Shown: positions 23,448 to 34,232, counted from the first letter of the stretch. The stretch is 64,000 nt of DNA from Microthrixaceae bacterium (GCA_947455015.1 CANGMY010000001.1:432-64431), one strand, 5' to 3'. Translations and numbers: made by a program. Notes: generated from the sequence alone by a model not told the origin.

Positions 23448-24758
23448 ATGAGCGACAACTGGGGTTTCGATACCCGTCAGATCCACGCCGGCCAGGAGCC
23501 CGACCCGACCACCGGTGCGCGCGCTGTCCCGATCTACCAAACGACCTCGTATCAGTTCCGCGACTCGGCTCACGCAGCGAACCTTTTCGCACTCGCCGAG
23601 ATGGGCAACATCTACACCCGCCTCATGAACCCCACCACTGGTGTGTTCGAAGCGCGTATGTCCTCGCTTGAAGGTGGCACGGCGACTGCAGTGGGCATCC
23701 CGGGTGCGCTTGCAACCGCTTCAGGTCAGGCCGCCGAAACCATGGCGATCATGAACCTCGCCGAAGCAGGTAGCCACATCGTCGCTTCAGCAGCCCTCTA
23801 CGGCGGCACGTACACCCTTCTCGGAAGCACCCTTCGTCGTTACGGCATTGATGTCACGTTCATTGATGATCCCGACAACCTCGATGCGTGGCGTAACGCA
23901 GTCAAGCCGAACACCAAGGCCTTCTACGGCGAGACCATCGGCAACCCTCGTAACGACGTTCTCGACATCGAGGGTGTGTCAAAGGTTGCGCACGAAGCTG
24001 GTGTTCCGCTCATCGTGGACAACACCGTCGCATCACCGTGGCTCATTCGTCCGCTTGAACTCGGCGCCGACATTGTCGTCGAATCCGCCACGAAGTTCAT
24101 TGGTGGACACGGCACCTCAATCGGTGGCGTGATCATCGATGGCGGTTCATTCGACTTCGGAGCAAACGACAAGTTCCCGATGTTCACCGAACCAGACTCG
24201 AGCTACCACGGCCTGCAGTACTGGCCCGCTCTTGGCGCTGGCGCCTACATCATCAAGGCTCGAGTACATCTCCTTCGTGACATGGGCGCGGCGATCTCGC
24301 CGTTCAACTCATGGACGATGTTGCAGGGTCTTGAAACTCTCAGCCTCCGCATGGAACGCCATAACGCAAACGCCATCAAGGTGGCAGAGTTCCTTGCGGG
24401 TCATTCGCAGGTTGAAGCAGTGCAGCACGCAAGCCTTACGTCATCGCCGTGGCATGAGCGGGCCAAGAAGTACAGCGGAGGCAAGGGCTATGGCTCTGTC
24501 CCTGCGTTCGTCATCAAGGGCGGCAAGGAAGCTGGCCAGAAGTTCGTCGAAGGACTCGAACTTCACAGCCATGTTGCCAACATCGGCGACGTGCGAAGCC
24601 TTGCCATTCACCCGGCTTCGACCACCCACTCGCAGCTCACCGAAGAAGAGCAGAGCACCACTGGTGTCTACTCCGGCCTCATCCGTCTGTCAGTCGGTAT
24701 CGAAGCGATCGAAGACATCATCACCGACCTTGAGAAGGGCTTCGCTGCAGCGAAGTGA
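23448..24758 (+). CDS. metY: O-acetylhomoserine aminocarboxypropyltransferase (sulfhydrylase)
   Basis: FDTRQIHAGQ, PIYQTTSY, YTRLMNPT, SATKFIGGHG, ANIGDVRSLAIHPASTTH. Confidence 0.93.
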   Translation: MSDNWGFDTRQIHAGQEPDPTTGARAVPIYQTTSYQFRDSAHAANLFALAEMGNIYTRLMNPTTGVFEARMSSLEGGTATAVGIPGALATASGQAAETMAIMNLAEAGSHIVASAALYGGTYTLLGSTLRRYGIDVTFIDDPDNLDAWRNAVKPNTKAFYGETIGNPRNDVLDIEGVSKVAHEAGVPLIVDNTVASPWLIRPLELGADIVVESATKFIGGHGTSIGGVIIDGGSFDFGANDKFPMFTEPDSSYHGLQYWPALGAGAYIIKARVHLLRDMGAAISPFNSWTMLQGLETLSLRMERHNANAIKVAEFLAGHSQVEAVQHASLTSSPWHERAKKYSGGKGYGSVPAFVIKGGKEAGQKFVEGLELHSHVANIGDVRSLAIHPASTTHSQLTEEEQSTTGVYSGLIRLSVGIEAIEDIITDLEKGFAAAK

Positions 24759-24780
24759 TCTCAACGCAACACCAGTCGTA

Positions 24781-24820
24781 GCGAGAGGCCCGGTCACTGA
24801 CCGGGCCTCTTCGCGTTTCT
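24781..24820 (+). terminator. Intrinsic terminator after metY
   Basis: 12-bp stem AGAGGCCCGGTC/GACCGGGCCTCT followed by TCGCGTTTCT. Confidence 0.7.
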
Positions 24821-24854
24821 GACCGGCTACGTTCGGGGGGAACAAGGGGGCGTT

Positions 24855-25625
24855 ATGCAAGCAACTTTTGATTTCAGCGGCAAGGTCGTCATCGTTACTG
24901 GTTCGACCAAAGGGTTGGGTCGGGCAATGGTCGACGGGTTCGCCGACGCCGGAGCAAAGGTCGTCGTCAGTAGCCGTAAGCAAGACCTGTGCGATCAGGT
25001 CGCGGCCGAACTCACCGAGCGCACTGGCGCTGAGGTTCTGCCGCTCGCATGCCACGTTGGCGATTGGGATGCCATTCCCGCGTTTGTCGAAAAAGTCATT
25101 GAACGTTTCGGCCGCATCGATGTGCTCGTGAACAACGCGGGGATCAACCCAACGAGCGATTCGTTGATGGACACGAACATCGATCTGTGGCGCAAAGTAT
25201 TTTCGGTGAACCTTGAAGGTCCGCTGCGCATGGCCACGTGTGTCGCTCCGCATATGCGTGAAGTTGGCGGTGGATCAATTGTGAACATCGCAACCGTTGG
25301 CGCTTATAGCGGCGGCCCCGGCGTTGGCGCCTATGGAGCATCGAAGGCGGGACTCATCAATTTGGGGCGCACGCTTTCAAAGGAACTCGCGCCATGGAAC
25401 ATTCGTGTCAACACGATTTGTCCGGGCCCGGTGAAGAGTGAACTCACCGAAGGCGCCGAACGCATGGCGCCTGGCTTTTACGATCGTGCTGCTTCGGCGA
25501 CCTCGCTGAAGCGGGTTGCGGAAACGGCGGAGATCATTGGGCCGGTGCTCTATCTGGCCAGTGATCTTTCATCGTTTGTAACTGGCGACGACATCGTTGT
25601 TGCCGGTGGCATGCCTCGTGGCTGA
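24855..25625 (+). CDS. Short-chain dehydrogenase/reductase
   Basis: TGSTKGLG, NNAG, YGASK, RVNTICPG. Confidence 0.92.
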   Translation: MQATFDFSGKVVIVTGSTKGLGRAMVDGFADAGAKVVVSSRKQDLCDQVAAELTERTGAEVLPLACHVGDWDAIPAFVEKVIERFGRIDVLVNNAGINPTSDSLMDTNIDLWRKVFSVNLEGPLRMATCVAPHMREVGGGSIVNIATVGAYSGGPGVGAYGASKAGLINLGRTLSKELAPWNIRVNTICPGPVKSELTEGAERMAPGFYDRAASATSLKRVAETAEIIGPVLYLASDLSSFVTGDDIVVAGGMPRG

Positions 25626-26574
25626 AGCCGTCGTCTTTAGCGGCGAAGTTGCCGTCATCACCGGAGCGGGCGGTGGCCTCGGCCGCGCCTACGCGCACAT
25701 GCTTGGTGATCGCGGTTGTCGAATAGTCGTGAATGACGTTGGCCGGCCCCACGGCGACAACGTTCCAGTTGCACAATCGGTGGTCGACGAACTTCGCGCA
25801 AAGGGCATTGAAGCTGTTGCTGATGATCACAATGCAATCACCGATGGTGCTGCGATCATCGCTTCGGCGATTGCCTCCTTCGATGCCGTCGACATTGTCG
25901 TGAACAACGCAGGCATCGGTGCTGGTTCACCAATTGGTCCGAACTCGGCGGACGAATGGCGTGAAACGATCGATGCAACACTGCAGACCTCGATCGCTGT
26001 GACGGGAGCTGCTTGGCCCCATCTCATTGAGCGCGGTGGCGGTCGAATCGTGATGACCGGTTCACCGGCCATGTTCGGGGCTTCGACAACGATTCCGTAT
26101 TCGGCCACAAAGTCTTCGATGTATGGCTTCACCCGTTCGGTCGCGGCGGCAGGTCGTCGTCACGGAATCTCAGCGAACAACATCATGCCTTCGGGTCTCA
26201 CGCGCCTCACGAAGTCGTTGCCGCCTGGGCCTATGGCGCAACTGTTTGCTGACCACTATCCACCAGAGGACGTCGCGTCATTCGTGACTTGGCTCTGTCA
26301 CCGCTCATGCACGGTGTCAGGCGAATCGTTCTCGGTTGGCGGTGGCCGTGCGGCGCGCGTGGTGCTTTCAGAAAACCGCGGCGTGCTCGTCGATGATCAG
26401 GCACCGGAATCTTGGGCTGCACACGTCGACGAACTCATGTCGCTCGACGAGGTGGTCTTCCCGCTCTCAATGAACGACGAAGTCACTTGGCAAGCGCACA
26501 CGCTTGGAAAGTCAGTGCCGGCGGAACTTGCTCCCGGCGGGCCACTCGATTGGAACCGCAAACCTCGGCCGTAG
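25618..26574 (+). CDS. Short-chain dehydrogenase/reductase (hydroxyacyl-CoA dehydrogenase/MFE-2-like)
   Basis: TGAGGGLGRAYA, VVNDVG, NNAG, YSATK; overlaps the upstream SDR stop. Confidence 0.88.
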   Translation: MAEAVVFSGEVAVITGAGGGLGRAYAHMLGDRGCRIVVNDVGRPHGDNVPVAQSVVDELRAKGIEAVADDHNAITDGAAIIASAIASFDAVDIVVNNAGIGAGSPIGPNSADEWRETIDATLQTSIAVTGAAWPHLIERGGGRIVMTGSPAMFGASTTIPYSATKSSMYGFTRSVAAAGRRHGISANNIMPSGLTRLTKSLPPGPMAQLFADHYPPEDVASFVTWLCHRSCTVSGESFSVGGGRAARVVLSENRGVLVDDQAPESWAAHVDELMSLDEVVFPLSMNDEVTWQAHTLGKSVPAELAPGGPLDWNRKPRP

Positions 26575-26586
26575 CCGAGATGCGAC

Positions 26587-27711
26587 CTACAGGTTTTCGA
26601 CCACGTAATCGACGCACTTCGTGAGCGCTTCGACGTCTTCGGGATCAATCGCCGGGAACATGGCAACACGAATCTGATTGCGACCAAGTTTGCGGTAGCT
26701 GTCGGTATCGACAATGCCGTTGGCTCGGAGCACTTTGTTGACTTCGTCGGCCGAAACCGAATCATCGAAGTCAATCGTGGCGACGACGTGGCTGCGCTCA
26801 TCGGGGTTGGTGACGAACGGCGATGCATAAGACGAATCTTCCGCCCATGAGTACATGATCTCTGCAGAGCGATCGCTGCGTGATGCGGCAAAGTGCAGGC
26901 CACCGTTTTCATTCACCCACTCGACCTGTTGCACGGCAAGGAACACCGTTGCCAGTGCCGGCGTGTTGTAGGTCTGGTCTTTGCGTGAATTGTCGAGCGC
27001 GGTTGTGAGGCTCAGAGATTCGGGAATCCAACGTCCCGAGGCGCCGATGCGTTCGATGCGTTCAATGGCAGCGGGGGAGACGGCTGCGAGCCAAAGTCCG
27101 CCGTCAGACGCGAGGCACTTCTGCGGGGCGAAGTAATAGACATCGGTTTGCGACGCATCGAAACGAAGACCGCCTGCAGCCGATGTTGCATCGACGAGCA
27201 CGATTGCTTTGCCTTCGGAGCCAGCGGGGCGCACCAACGGCATCGAGACGCCAGTTGACGTTTCGTTATGCGTGAGCGCGTAGGTGTCGATTGCATCGTC
27301 AACGATTGGAAGTGGATGGGTGCCAACTTCACTCTTGATGATGACCGGGTCATCGAGGAACGGAGCTGCTGCTGCGGCTTGACCAAACTTCGAGGAGAAC
27401 TCGCCGAAGTTGAGGTGCTGGCTGCGGCGATCGATCAGACCAAACGTGGCGATGTCCCAGAACACGGTGGAGCCGCCGTTGCCGAGCATGATCTCGTAAC
27501 CGTCGGGAAGAGCGAACATCTCGGCCAAACCGTTGCGAAGTCGGCTCACCATGTACTTGACGGTGTCCTGGCGATGGCTGGTGCCGAGGTAGTCGCGGCC
27601 CGCTTCAGCAAGGGCGGCAACGGCCTCGGGGCGAACCTTTGAGGGGCCACAACCGAAGCGGCCGTCGGCGGGAAGGAGATCGGTGGGGATGGTGAAGGGG
27701 GATGGGCTCAC
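26587..27711 (-). CDS. serC: Phosphoserine aminotransferase (actinobacterial type)
   Basis: DGRFGCGPSKVR, HNETSTGV, DATSAAGG, YYFAPQK, QTYNTP, YRKLGRNQ. Confidence 0.95.
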   Translation of the reverse strand: MSPSPFTIPTDLLPADGRFGCGPSKVRPEAVAALAEAGRDYLGTSHRQDTVKYMVSRLRNGLAEMFALPDGYEIMLGNGGSTVFWDIATFGLIDRRSQHLNFGEFSSKFGQAAAAAPFLDDPVIIKSEVGTHPLPIVDDAIDTYALTHNETSTGVSMPLVRPAGSEGKAIVLVDATSAAGGLRFDASQTDVYYFAPQKCLASDGGLWLAAVSPAAIERIERIGASGRWIPESLSLTTALDNSRKDQTYNTPALATVFLAVQQVEWVNENGGLHFAASRSDRSAEIMYSWAEDSSYASPFVTNPDERSHVVATIDFDDSVSADEVNKVLRANGIVDTDSYRKLGRNQIRVAMFPAIDPEDVEALTKCVDYVVENL

Positions 27712-27839
27712 CTCTCCATCGTCGCATCTCAGACAGGTGGTTGCGTTACGCCGTGAGTCACATCGAATTCGCTGCAGGGGAGGGCGTCTGAACCGGTAGC
27801 GTTCTGGCGCCCACATCAGTCGATCCGAGGACTTCCCCC

Positions 27840-29045
27840 ATGGCCCCAGAGCGCCTTTCTCGCCGAGTCTCCGCCATCACCGAATCAGCGACCCTTGCGG
27901 TCGATGCCCGAGCGAAGGCCCTGAAGGCTGCGGGCGAACCGGTCATCGGCTTTGGTGCCGGCGAGCCCGACTTCCCGACGCCTCCTCATGTGGTTGAGGC
28001 CGCGGTGGAAGCTGCTCGCGATGTCAAGAACCACCGCTACACGCCAGCGGCCGGTCTGCCGGAATTGAAAGAAGCGATCGCCGCCAAGACACTGCGTGAC
28101 TCAAAGGTCGAGGTGTCGGCCAGTCAGGTGCTCGTCACCAACGGCGGAAAGCACGCGGTCTACAACACGTTCGAAGCGCTGTTGAACCCGGGTGATGAAG
28201 TTCTTCTTCCGGCGCCCTACTGGACGACCTACCCCGAGCCCATCGCTTTGGCAGGTGGTGTTTCGGTTGTTCTTCCCACCGATGTCGAGTCGGGCTTTCG
28301 CGTCACCGTCGAACAACTCGAAGCCGCGCGTACTGACAAGACCAAAGCGCTTGTGTTTGTTTCGCCTTCGAACCCAACCGGAGCGGTGTACCCGCCCGCG
28401 GAAGTTCGTGCGATTGGTGAGTGGGCGCTCAAGCACGGCATTTGGGTCATCACAGATGAGATTTATGAACACCTCACGTTCGGCGACAACGTGTTCACGT
28501 CAATCCTCGCTGAGGTCCCTGGTCTTGCCGACACCTGCGTGATTCTCAACGGCGTTGCCAAGACCTATGCCATGACCGGTTGGCGCGTTGGCTGGATGAT
28601 CGGCCCGGCCGACCTCATCAAGGCCGCCACAAACCTTCAGTCGCATTCGACCTCGAACGTGGCAAACGTTTCGCAGCGCGCTGCAATTGCTGCGCTTGAA
28701 GGTGGCCTCGAATGTGTCGAGGAAATGCGTGAAGCGTTCGCGCGTCGTGCGATTCTCATTCACGGCCTTCTCAATGACATTCCCGGTGTCACCTGCATGG
28801 TGCCCCAAGGAGCGTTCTACGCATTCCCGTCGATGGAAGGTTTGTTCGGCCGCAACTTCGGTGGCGTAACACCGACGACGACTTCGGAACTGTGCGAGGT
28901 CATCCTTGACCAGGCAAAGGTTGCGCTTGTTCCCGGTGAAGCGTTCGATGCACCGGGTTATGTGCGCATTTCGTTTGCCGTGAGCGACGCCGACATCATC
29001 GAAGGCATCGGTCGCATCGCAGAACTTGTCGCCAAGAGCAGCTGA
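27840..29045 (+). CDS. PLP-dependent class I aminotransferase (aspartate aminotransferase-like)
   Basis: [36 protein letters not shown]. Confidence 0.92.
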   Translation: MAPERLSRRVSAITESATLAVDARAKALKAAGEPVIGFGAGEPDFPTPPHVVEAAVEAARDVKNHRYTPAAGLPELKEAIAAKTLRDSKVEVSASQVLVTNGGKHAVYNTFEALLNPGDEVLLPAPYWTTYPEPIALAGGVSVVLPTDVESGFRVTVEQLEAARTDKTKALVFVSPSNPTGAVYPPAEVRAIGEWALKHGIWVITDEIYEHLTFGDNVFTSILAEVPGLADTCVILNGVAKTYAMTGWRVGWMIGPADLIKAATNLQSHSTSNVANVSQRAAIAALEGGLECVEEMREAFARRAILIHGLLNDIPGVTCMVPQGAFYAFPSMEGLFGRNFGGVTPTTTSELCEVILDQAKVALVPGEAFDAPGYVRISFAVSDADIIEGIGRIAELVAKSS

Positions 29046-29052
29046 TCAATCC

Positions 29053-31080
29053 ATGACAACTGCACCGTTCGGTTCGTGGTCCTCGCCGATTACTGCCGAT
29101 CTCATCGTCTCCAAGTCTGTTTCCATCGGCGAAGTGTTCGTTGGTGGCGACGATGTGTGGTGGTCCGAAGCTCGACCCGAAGAGGGTGGGCGCGTGCAGT
29201 TGGTGCGTCATCGTCCTGGCGGTGGAGCAGTTGACGTTCTGCCGGAGGAGTTCGGCGCTCGCACCCGTGTGCACGAGTACGGCGGCGGGGCATGGTGGCT
29301 GCACGGTTCTGATGTCGTCTTTGTGAACTGGTCCGATCAGCGCCTTTACCGATTGGCCGCTGGCACGTCGACCCCAACACCTCTTACGCCTGAACCAGTC
29401 GATCGTCACGGCGACCGCTATGCCGATGGCCGATTCACTGCCGATGGTCGTTGGGTCGTGTGCGTGCGTGAACGACACGAAAGCGCCGATGCCGAACCAG
29501 TCAATGAGATCGTTGCAGTGCGCGTGCACCACAACGGGGAACCTGCCGAACCAATTGTTCTCGTTTCTGGTTCCGACTTTGTTGCTGCACCGCGCGTGAA
29601 TCCTTCCGGCAACGTGCTCACGTGGTTTCGTTGGAATCATCCCGATATGCCATGGGATGGCACCGAACTCTGTGTCGCGTCGATGTACGACGATCAATCC
29701 GATGACGGACAGATCGTTGTTGGTGACACTCGCGTCGTTGCTGGCGGTCGTGACGAATCCATTACGCAGCCTGAGTGGGCTCCCGATGGCTCGTTGCTCT
29801 TCATTTCCGACCGCACCGATTGGTGGAACCTTTACCAAGTCTCCGCTGATGCTGTTCATGAACTAGTTGCGAACGGAGTTGCCGTTGACGCAACTCCGAT
29901 TGCGCCAGTTGACGCGGAGATCGGCGTTCCTCAATGGGTGTTCGATAACTCGCGCTACGCAGTGCTGGCTGATGGCCGCATTCTCGTTGCGTGGTTCAAG
30001 TTGGGCATTGATCACCTCGGAGTCATTCCTGCTGGTGGCGGAGCGATGGTTCCGCTCGAGTCACCGTTTACAGCGCTGTCTTCGGTGCGCGCGTTTGGTT
30101 ATGGGGCTGTCGTCATTGGAGCGTCACCGACCTCCGAAGCCGTTGTCGCAGTACTCGACATTCCGTCGAAGCCCGATATCGACGGTTCGACCGCAGTTCT
30201 TTCAGCACCGCTGCGGCCCGCACGCGACTTGGGCATCGGCACCGAGTGGTATTCCACGCCTGAGCCGATCACATTCGCAACATCTGGTGATCGGTTCGCT
30301 CATGGCCTCTACTACCCACCAACAAACCCAGAGTTCACAGCGCCCGACGACGAGCGCGCGCCGCTCATTGTTCTGAGCCACGGTGGGCCCACGTCAGCTG
30401 CTCGTCCGCAACTGAACCTTGGTGTGCAGTTCTGGACGTCACGCGGCTTCGGTGTTGTCGATGTCAACTACGGCGGCTCTACTGGCTACGGCCGTTCGTA
30501 TCGTCGACGTCTTATTGGCGAGTGGGGGATTGTTGATGTCGACGATTCCATCGCTGCAACGCGCCTTCTTGTTGATCGCGGTGACGCCGATCGCGATCGA
30601 CTCATTATTCGCGGTGGAAGTGCAGGTGGTTTCACCACGTTGAGCGCACTTACGTTCCGTGACGTTTTCGCTGCTGGCTGCAGTCTCTACGGCGTGGCCG
30701 ATCTTGAAGCGCTGGCCCGTGACACGCACAAGTTCGAAGCTCGCTATCTCGACTCACTTGTCGGACCATGGCCCTCTCGTAGCGATATCTACGCCGAGCG
30801 TTCACCGATCCATCACGTTGAAGATCTCGAATGTCCGCTGATCGTTCTGCAGGGACTCGAAGACGAAATCGTTCCGCCGAACCAATCGCAAATGATTGTT
30901 GAGGCACTCGATGCCAACGGCGTTCCGTGGGCCTATCTCGAATTCGAAGGCGAACAGCACGGTTTCCGCCAGGCCGCCACGATCAAACGAGCTCTCGAGG
31001 CCGAGGCCTACTTCTACAGCAAGGTGCTCGGTTTCGATCTTGCCGACGATGTCGAACCCATCGACATCGCTCATCTCTAA
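29053..31080 (+). CDS. S9 family (prolyl oligopeptidase/acylaminoacyl) peptidase
   Basis: APFGSWSSPI, HGGPT, GGSAGG, DEIVPP, GEQHGF catalytic triad. Confidence 0.93.
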   Translation: MTTAPFGSWSSPITADLIVSKSVSIGEVFVGGDDVWWSEARPEEGGRVQLVRHRPGGGAVDVLPEEFGARTRVHEYGGGAWWLHGSDVVFVNWSDQRLYRLAAGTSTPTPLTPEPVDRHGDRYADGRFTADGRWVVCVRERHESADAEPVNEIVAVRVHHNGEPAEPIVLVSGSDFVAAPRVNPSGNVLTWFRWNHPDMPWDGTELCVASMYDDQSDDGQIVVGDTRVVAGGRDESITQPEWAPDGSLLFISDRTDWWNLYQVSADAVHELVANGVAVDATPIAPVDAEIGVPQWVFDNSRYAVLADGRILVAWFKLGIDHLGVIPAGGGAMVPLESPFTALSSVRAFGYGAVVIGASPTSEAVVAVLDIPSKPDIDGSTAVLSAPLRPARDLGIGTEWYSTPEPITFATSGDRFAHGLYYPPTNPEFTAPDDERAPLIVLSHGGPTSAARPQLNLGVQFWTSRGFGVVDVNYGGSTGYGRSYRRRLIGEWGIVDVDDSIAATRLLVDRGDADRDRLIIRGGSAGGFTTLSALTFRDVFAAGCSLYGVADLEALARDTHKFEARYLDSLVGPWPSRSDIYAERSPIHHVEDLECPLIVLQGLEDEIVPPNQSQMIVEALDANGVPWAYLEFEGEQHGFRQAATIKRALEAEAYFYSKVLGFDLADDVEPIDIAHL

Positions 31081-31126
31081 AGGGTCGCGTGCTGATGGAA
31101 GATCCCTTGGATTTTGAAACTTTTGG

Positions 31127-31154
31127 TTGACAGATGGATGGGCATCCGTACACT
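31127..31154 (+). promoter_or_regulatory. Near-consensus sigma70-type promoter with inverted repeat in spacer
   Basis: TTGACA 31127-31132, 16 nt spacer, TACACT 31149-31154; GGATG-GG-CATCC at 31136-31147. Confidence 0.6.
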
Positions 31155-31202
31155 GGATTTGGTTAGGCGGAAATCATAAATAGGGACTGGTGGGAGGTTC
31201 CG

Positions 31203-31874
31203 ATGAATAGGTTCACGTTCTCTTGGTGTGCTTGGCAAACTCTTTTTCTGAGGATTGCAATTGCCGGATTGGTGTTACTGGGGACGACTTTCGTTGTTGT
31301 AAGCCGGGACGAGAAACTCGCAGGGGCTTGGTGCACCGGATTGGTCGGGGGGGCGAACCCTTGGGTGGGACCTTCCGCAAATCACACGATGCGAATTGAT
31401 AACGCATCAATCAGTAGCGCTCACTGGGTAGCAGCGAGTAACGGCGCCGGCATGTGGAATGGGGTTTCGGGCCTTACTTATGGTGCTGCGATGATGAACG
31501 GCGTCTACGGCGATTTCAACCTCTATGCCACGAATTTTGGATCATGGGGGTGGCCGAACGTGCCCGGAATCACGTTCAACTATGACTCGGCTTGGAACGT
31601 GGAGTCGTGGCCGGATCCGTCGCACGCCTACTCGCAAATATTCCTAAACAACACGTGGTCATGGAACACGAGTGGCTATCTAAACCAAAGTTCTAAAAAC
31701 GCTGATGTGACGACAGTCGTAGGCCATGAAGCGGGCCATTCCGCTGGGCTCAACCATCCTGGGGCGTGTCACGTCATGTGTTGTAACGAGCCAACAAGTG
31801 TGATGAACCCGACATACACAAAGAAATGGGCAATTAATTCGGACGATATTGGAGGCCTCAATGTCTTTTATTGA
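31203..31874 (+). CDS. Secreted matrixin-like (metzincin) zinc metalloprotease
   Basis: Signal/TM N-terminus; HEAGHSAGLNH (HExxHxxGxxH), SVMNP Met-turn, DDIGGLNVFY C-terminal helix; GGGAGG SD. Confidence 0.85.
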   Translation: MNRFTFSWCAWQTLFLRIAIAGLVLLGTTFVVVSRDEKLAGAWCTGLVGGANPWVGPSANHTMRIDNASISSAHWVAASNGAGMWNGVSGLTYGAAMMNGVYGDFNLYATNFGSWGWPNVPGITFNYDSAWNVESWPDPSHAYSQIFLNNTWSWNTSGYLNQSSKNADVTTVVGHEAGHSAGLNHPGACHVMCCNEPTSVMNPTYTKKWAINSDDIGGLNVFY

Positions 31875-31926
31875 AAGCGCTGTGAATCGCAGGGGACACA
31901 AATTCGCTGAGCCACGGAGATTGGGA

Positions 31927-32535
31927 ATGCGGACCAGACATGGAATTGGAACGTGCCTGGTGCTGATCTCACTCTCGATTTGTTCGGTTGCTTGTGGCGG
32001 CTCGGCGTCGCCGTCTTCAAGTTCTGCATCTGAACCGACGACCTTGGCTGGCGGAAGTGCATACGGAGAGGATGTTTCTCTCGGCGTTTCGCTCAAGATG
32101 TCGAGCACCACGACTCCGGTCATCGCCCTTGTCACGATCGAATCAGTCGGGGTTGACTACAGCAGTCCGTTTGGGGCCGAGCTGAACGCTCCCCAAACGT
32201 CGCTTTCGGTCACGCCGGTCCGAGTCGCTGTTACTCGTGTTTTCCGAAATGAGAACGATCTTGACGTGTCGCAGGGGCTCGTGCTGCGTGACTTTGCGGG
32301 CTTCTCCTACGACGAAGGCCGGCTCTCGGAGATGCCGATTGGCACAACGATGATCGTGTTCATTCAGGAACCTGCATCAAGACTCAGTGATGGCGCACAG
32401 ACTGCGATCGGCGCCTTTGTCGTGCGCGATGGAGTCGTCTTTGATCGTGCATCGGGCCAGGAAGTCTCGCTTGCGGGAATCAGCGAGTATCTGGCGAATC
32501 CGGACGCGATCCCCGCCCCAATGCTTGGAGGCTGA
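31927..32535 (+). CDS. Hypothetical lipoprotein, beta-rich (possibly NTR/TIMP-like OB-fold)
   Basis: Signal peptide with SVAC lipobox, Ser-rich tether, alternating beta strands. Confidence 0.7.
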   Translation: MRTRHGIGTCLVLISLSICSVACGGSASPSSSSASEPTTLAGGSAYGEDVSLGVSLKMSSTTTPVIALVTIESVGVDYSSPFGAELNAPQTSLSVTPVRVAVTRVFRNENDLDVSQGLVLRDFAGFSYDEGRLSEMPIGTTMIVFIQEPASRLSDGAQTAIGAFVVRDGVVFDRASGQEVSLAGISEYLANPDAIPAPMLGG

Positions 32536-32605
32536 GACCAAGCACTTCGTTCAAAACGTGGGTTCGTTTGGCGACCAGACGGTCGGCCCGTAAGGATGGA
32601 CCCCT

Positions 32606-34162
32606 ATGGCACGGATCCTTGTTACTGAAACCATCGCTGACGGCGGCCTCGACCGCCTTCGCGCTGCTGGCCACACCGTCGATGTGCAGGAGGGCCTGAG
32701 CCCCGAGCAGCTGATCGAGGCCATCAAGGGAGCCCACGCGCTCATCATCCGTTCGGCCACTGATGTCACCGCCGAGGTGCTCGCTGCTGGAACCGACCTC
32801 ATCGTGGTTGGTCGCGCAGGTATCGGTCTCGACAATGTCGACACCAAAGCCGCCACGGAACGCGGCGTGATGGTCGTGAACGCGCCGCAGTCAAACATTC
32901 TTTCCGCCGCCGAACACACCATGGCGTTGTTGCTTTCGATGGCTCGCAATGTTCCCCAGGCTCATGCTGCGCTTGTCGCCGGTCGCTGGGAACGCAGTCG
33001 TTGGACAGGCGTTGAACTCGCCGACAAGACCCTCGGCGTTGTCGGCCTCGGTCGTATCGGAAAGCTCGTTGCACAGCGGGCAATGGCATTCGGCATGAAG
33101 ATCGTCGCATACGACCCCTTTGTGTCTCCCGAGATGGCCCGCAAAATGAACATTGACATTGTCGATCTCGACACATTGCTCGCTGTTTCCGATTTCGTGA
33201 CATTGCATGTGGCCAAGACACCCGAGACCGTTGGCCTTCTGAATGCCGAGCGTTTGGCGAAGGCTAAGAAGGGCATTCGCATTGTCAATGTGGCGCGTGG
33301 AGGCATCATCGTTGAAAGCGACCTTGCCGACGCCATTCGTTCCGGTCATGTTGGCGGCGCCGCTATTGACGTGTTCGACAAAGAGCCGACGACCGAGTCG
33401 CCACTGTTCGAACTTCCCGAGGTCGTTGTTACGCCGCATCTCGGTGCCAGCACGCACGAAGCACAAGACAAGGCCGGCGACACCATCGCCGAAATGGTTG
33501 GCCTTGCGCTTGCCGGAGAGTTTGTTCCGTTTGCTGTGAACGTGAACGCGGCTGAAGCCAGCGAAACCGTTCGTCCGTTCCTTTCACTCGCTGAACGACT
33601 CGGTGCAACGTTTGGCGGACTCGCCACTGGTGTTGAGGCGCTCGAGGTTTCCTATGAAGGTGAAATCGGCGGCTACGACACGCGCATCTTGACGCTGTCG
33701 TTGCTCAAGGGATTCTTTGGTCGTATTAGCGATGATCCGGTGTCCTATGTCAACGCGCCGAAGATGGCTGAAGAGCGCGGCATCACCGTGACCGAAACCA
33801 CCACGACCACGGCGCATAACTTCGTGAACCTCATCACCATTCGTGGCGGCGCGCATTCACTTGCCGGCACCCTTATGGGTCTTGATGGCGAAGCTCGTCT
33901 CGTGATGGTCGACGATCACCGCGTTGATGTTCCGCCGGCCAACCACATGCTCGTGGTTCGCAATGACGATCGTCCCGGCATGATCGGCCTCGTTGGCACG
34001 ATCGTGGGCGAAGCCGGTCTGAATATTGCTGACATGGACGTCGGCCAGGCCCCGAACGGCGCCTCAGCGATGATGGTTCTCTCCATCACCGACGCCGTGC
34101 CGGCTGAGGTGTGCGAGCGCCTCCGTGCGGTCGAAGGCATCGTTTCCGTCGACGCCATCTAA
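32606..34162 (+). CDS. serA: D-3-phosphoglycerate dehydrogenase
   Basis: GRAGIGLDNVD, GLGRIG, NVARGG, TPHLGAST, C-terminal ASB and ACT domains. Confidence 0.97.
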   Translation: MARILVTETIADGGLDRLRAAGHTVDVQEGLSPEQLIEAIKGAHALIIRSATDVTAEVLAAGTDLIVVGRAGIGLDNVDTKAATERGVMVVNAPQSNILSAAEHTMALLLSMARNVPQAHAALVAGRWERSRWTGVELADKTLGVVGLGRIGKLVAQRAMAFGMKIVAYDPFVSPEMARKMNIDIVDLDTLLAVSDFVTLHVAKTPETVGLLNAERLAKAKKGIRIVNVARGGIIVESDLADAIRSGHVGGAAIDVFDKEPTTESPLFELPEVVVTPHLGASTHEAQDKAGDTIAEMVGLALAGEFVPFAVNVNAAEASETVRPFLSLAERLGATFGGLATGVEALEVSYEGEIGGYDTRILTLSLLKGFFGRISDDPVSYVNAPKMAEERGITVTETTTTTAHNFVNLITIRGGAHSLAGTLMGLDGEARLVMVDDHRVDVPPANHMLVVRNDDRPGMIGLVGTIVGEAGLNIADMDVGQAPNGASAMMVLSITDAVPAEVCERLRAVEGIVSVDAI

Positions 34163-34203
34163 GGGGCAAAGCCTCTTTGTGGCAGCGGGGGAGTGCACCA
34201 TGG

Positions 34204-34232
34204 TTGCAATCGGCGGTTGCGCCCGGCAGACT
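34204..34232 (+). promoter_or_regulatory. Putative promoter of the leuA leader
   Basis: TTGCAA-17 nt-CAGACT, ending 6 nt before the leader ATG. Confidence 0.6.
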
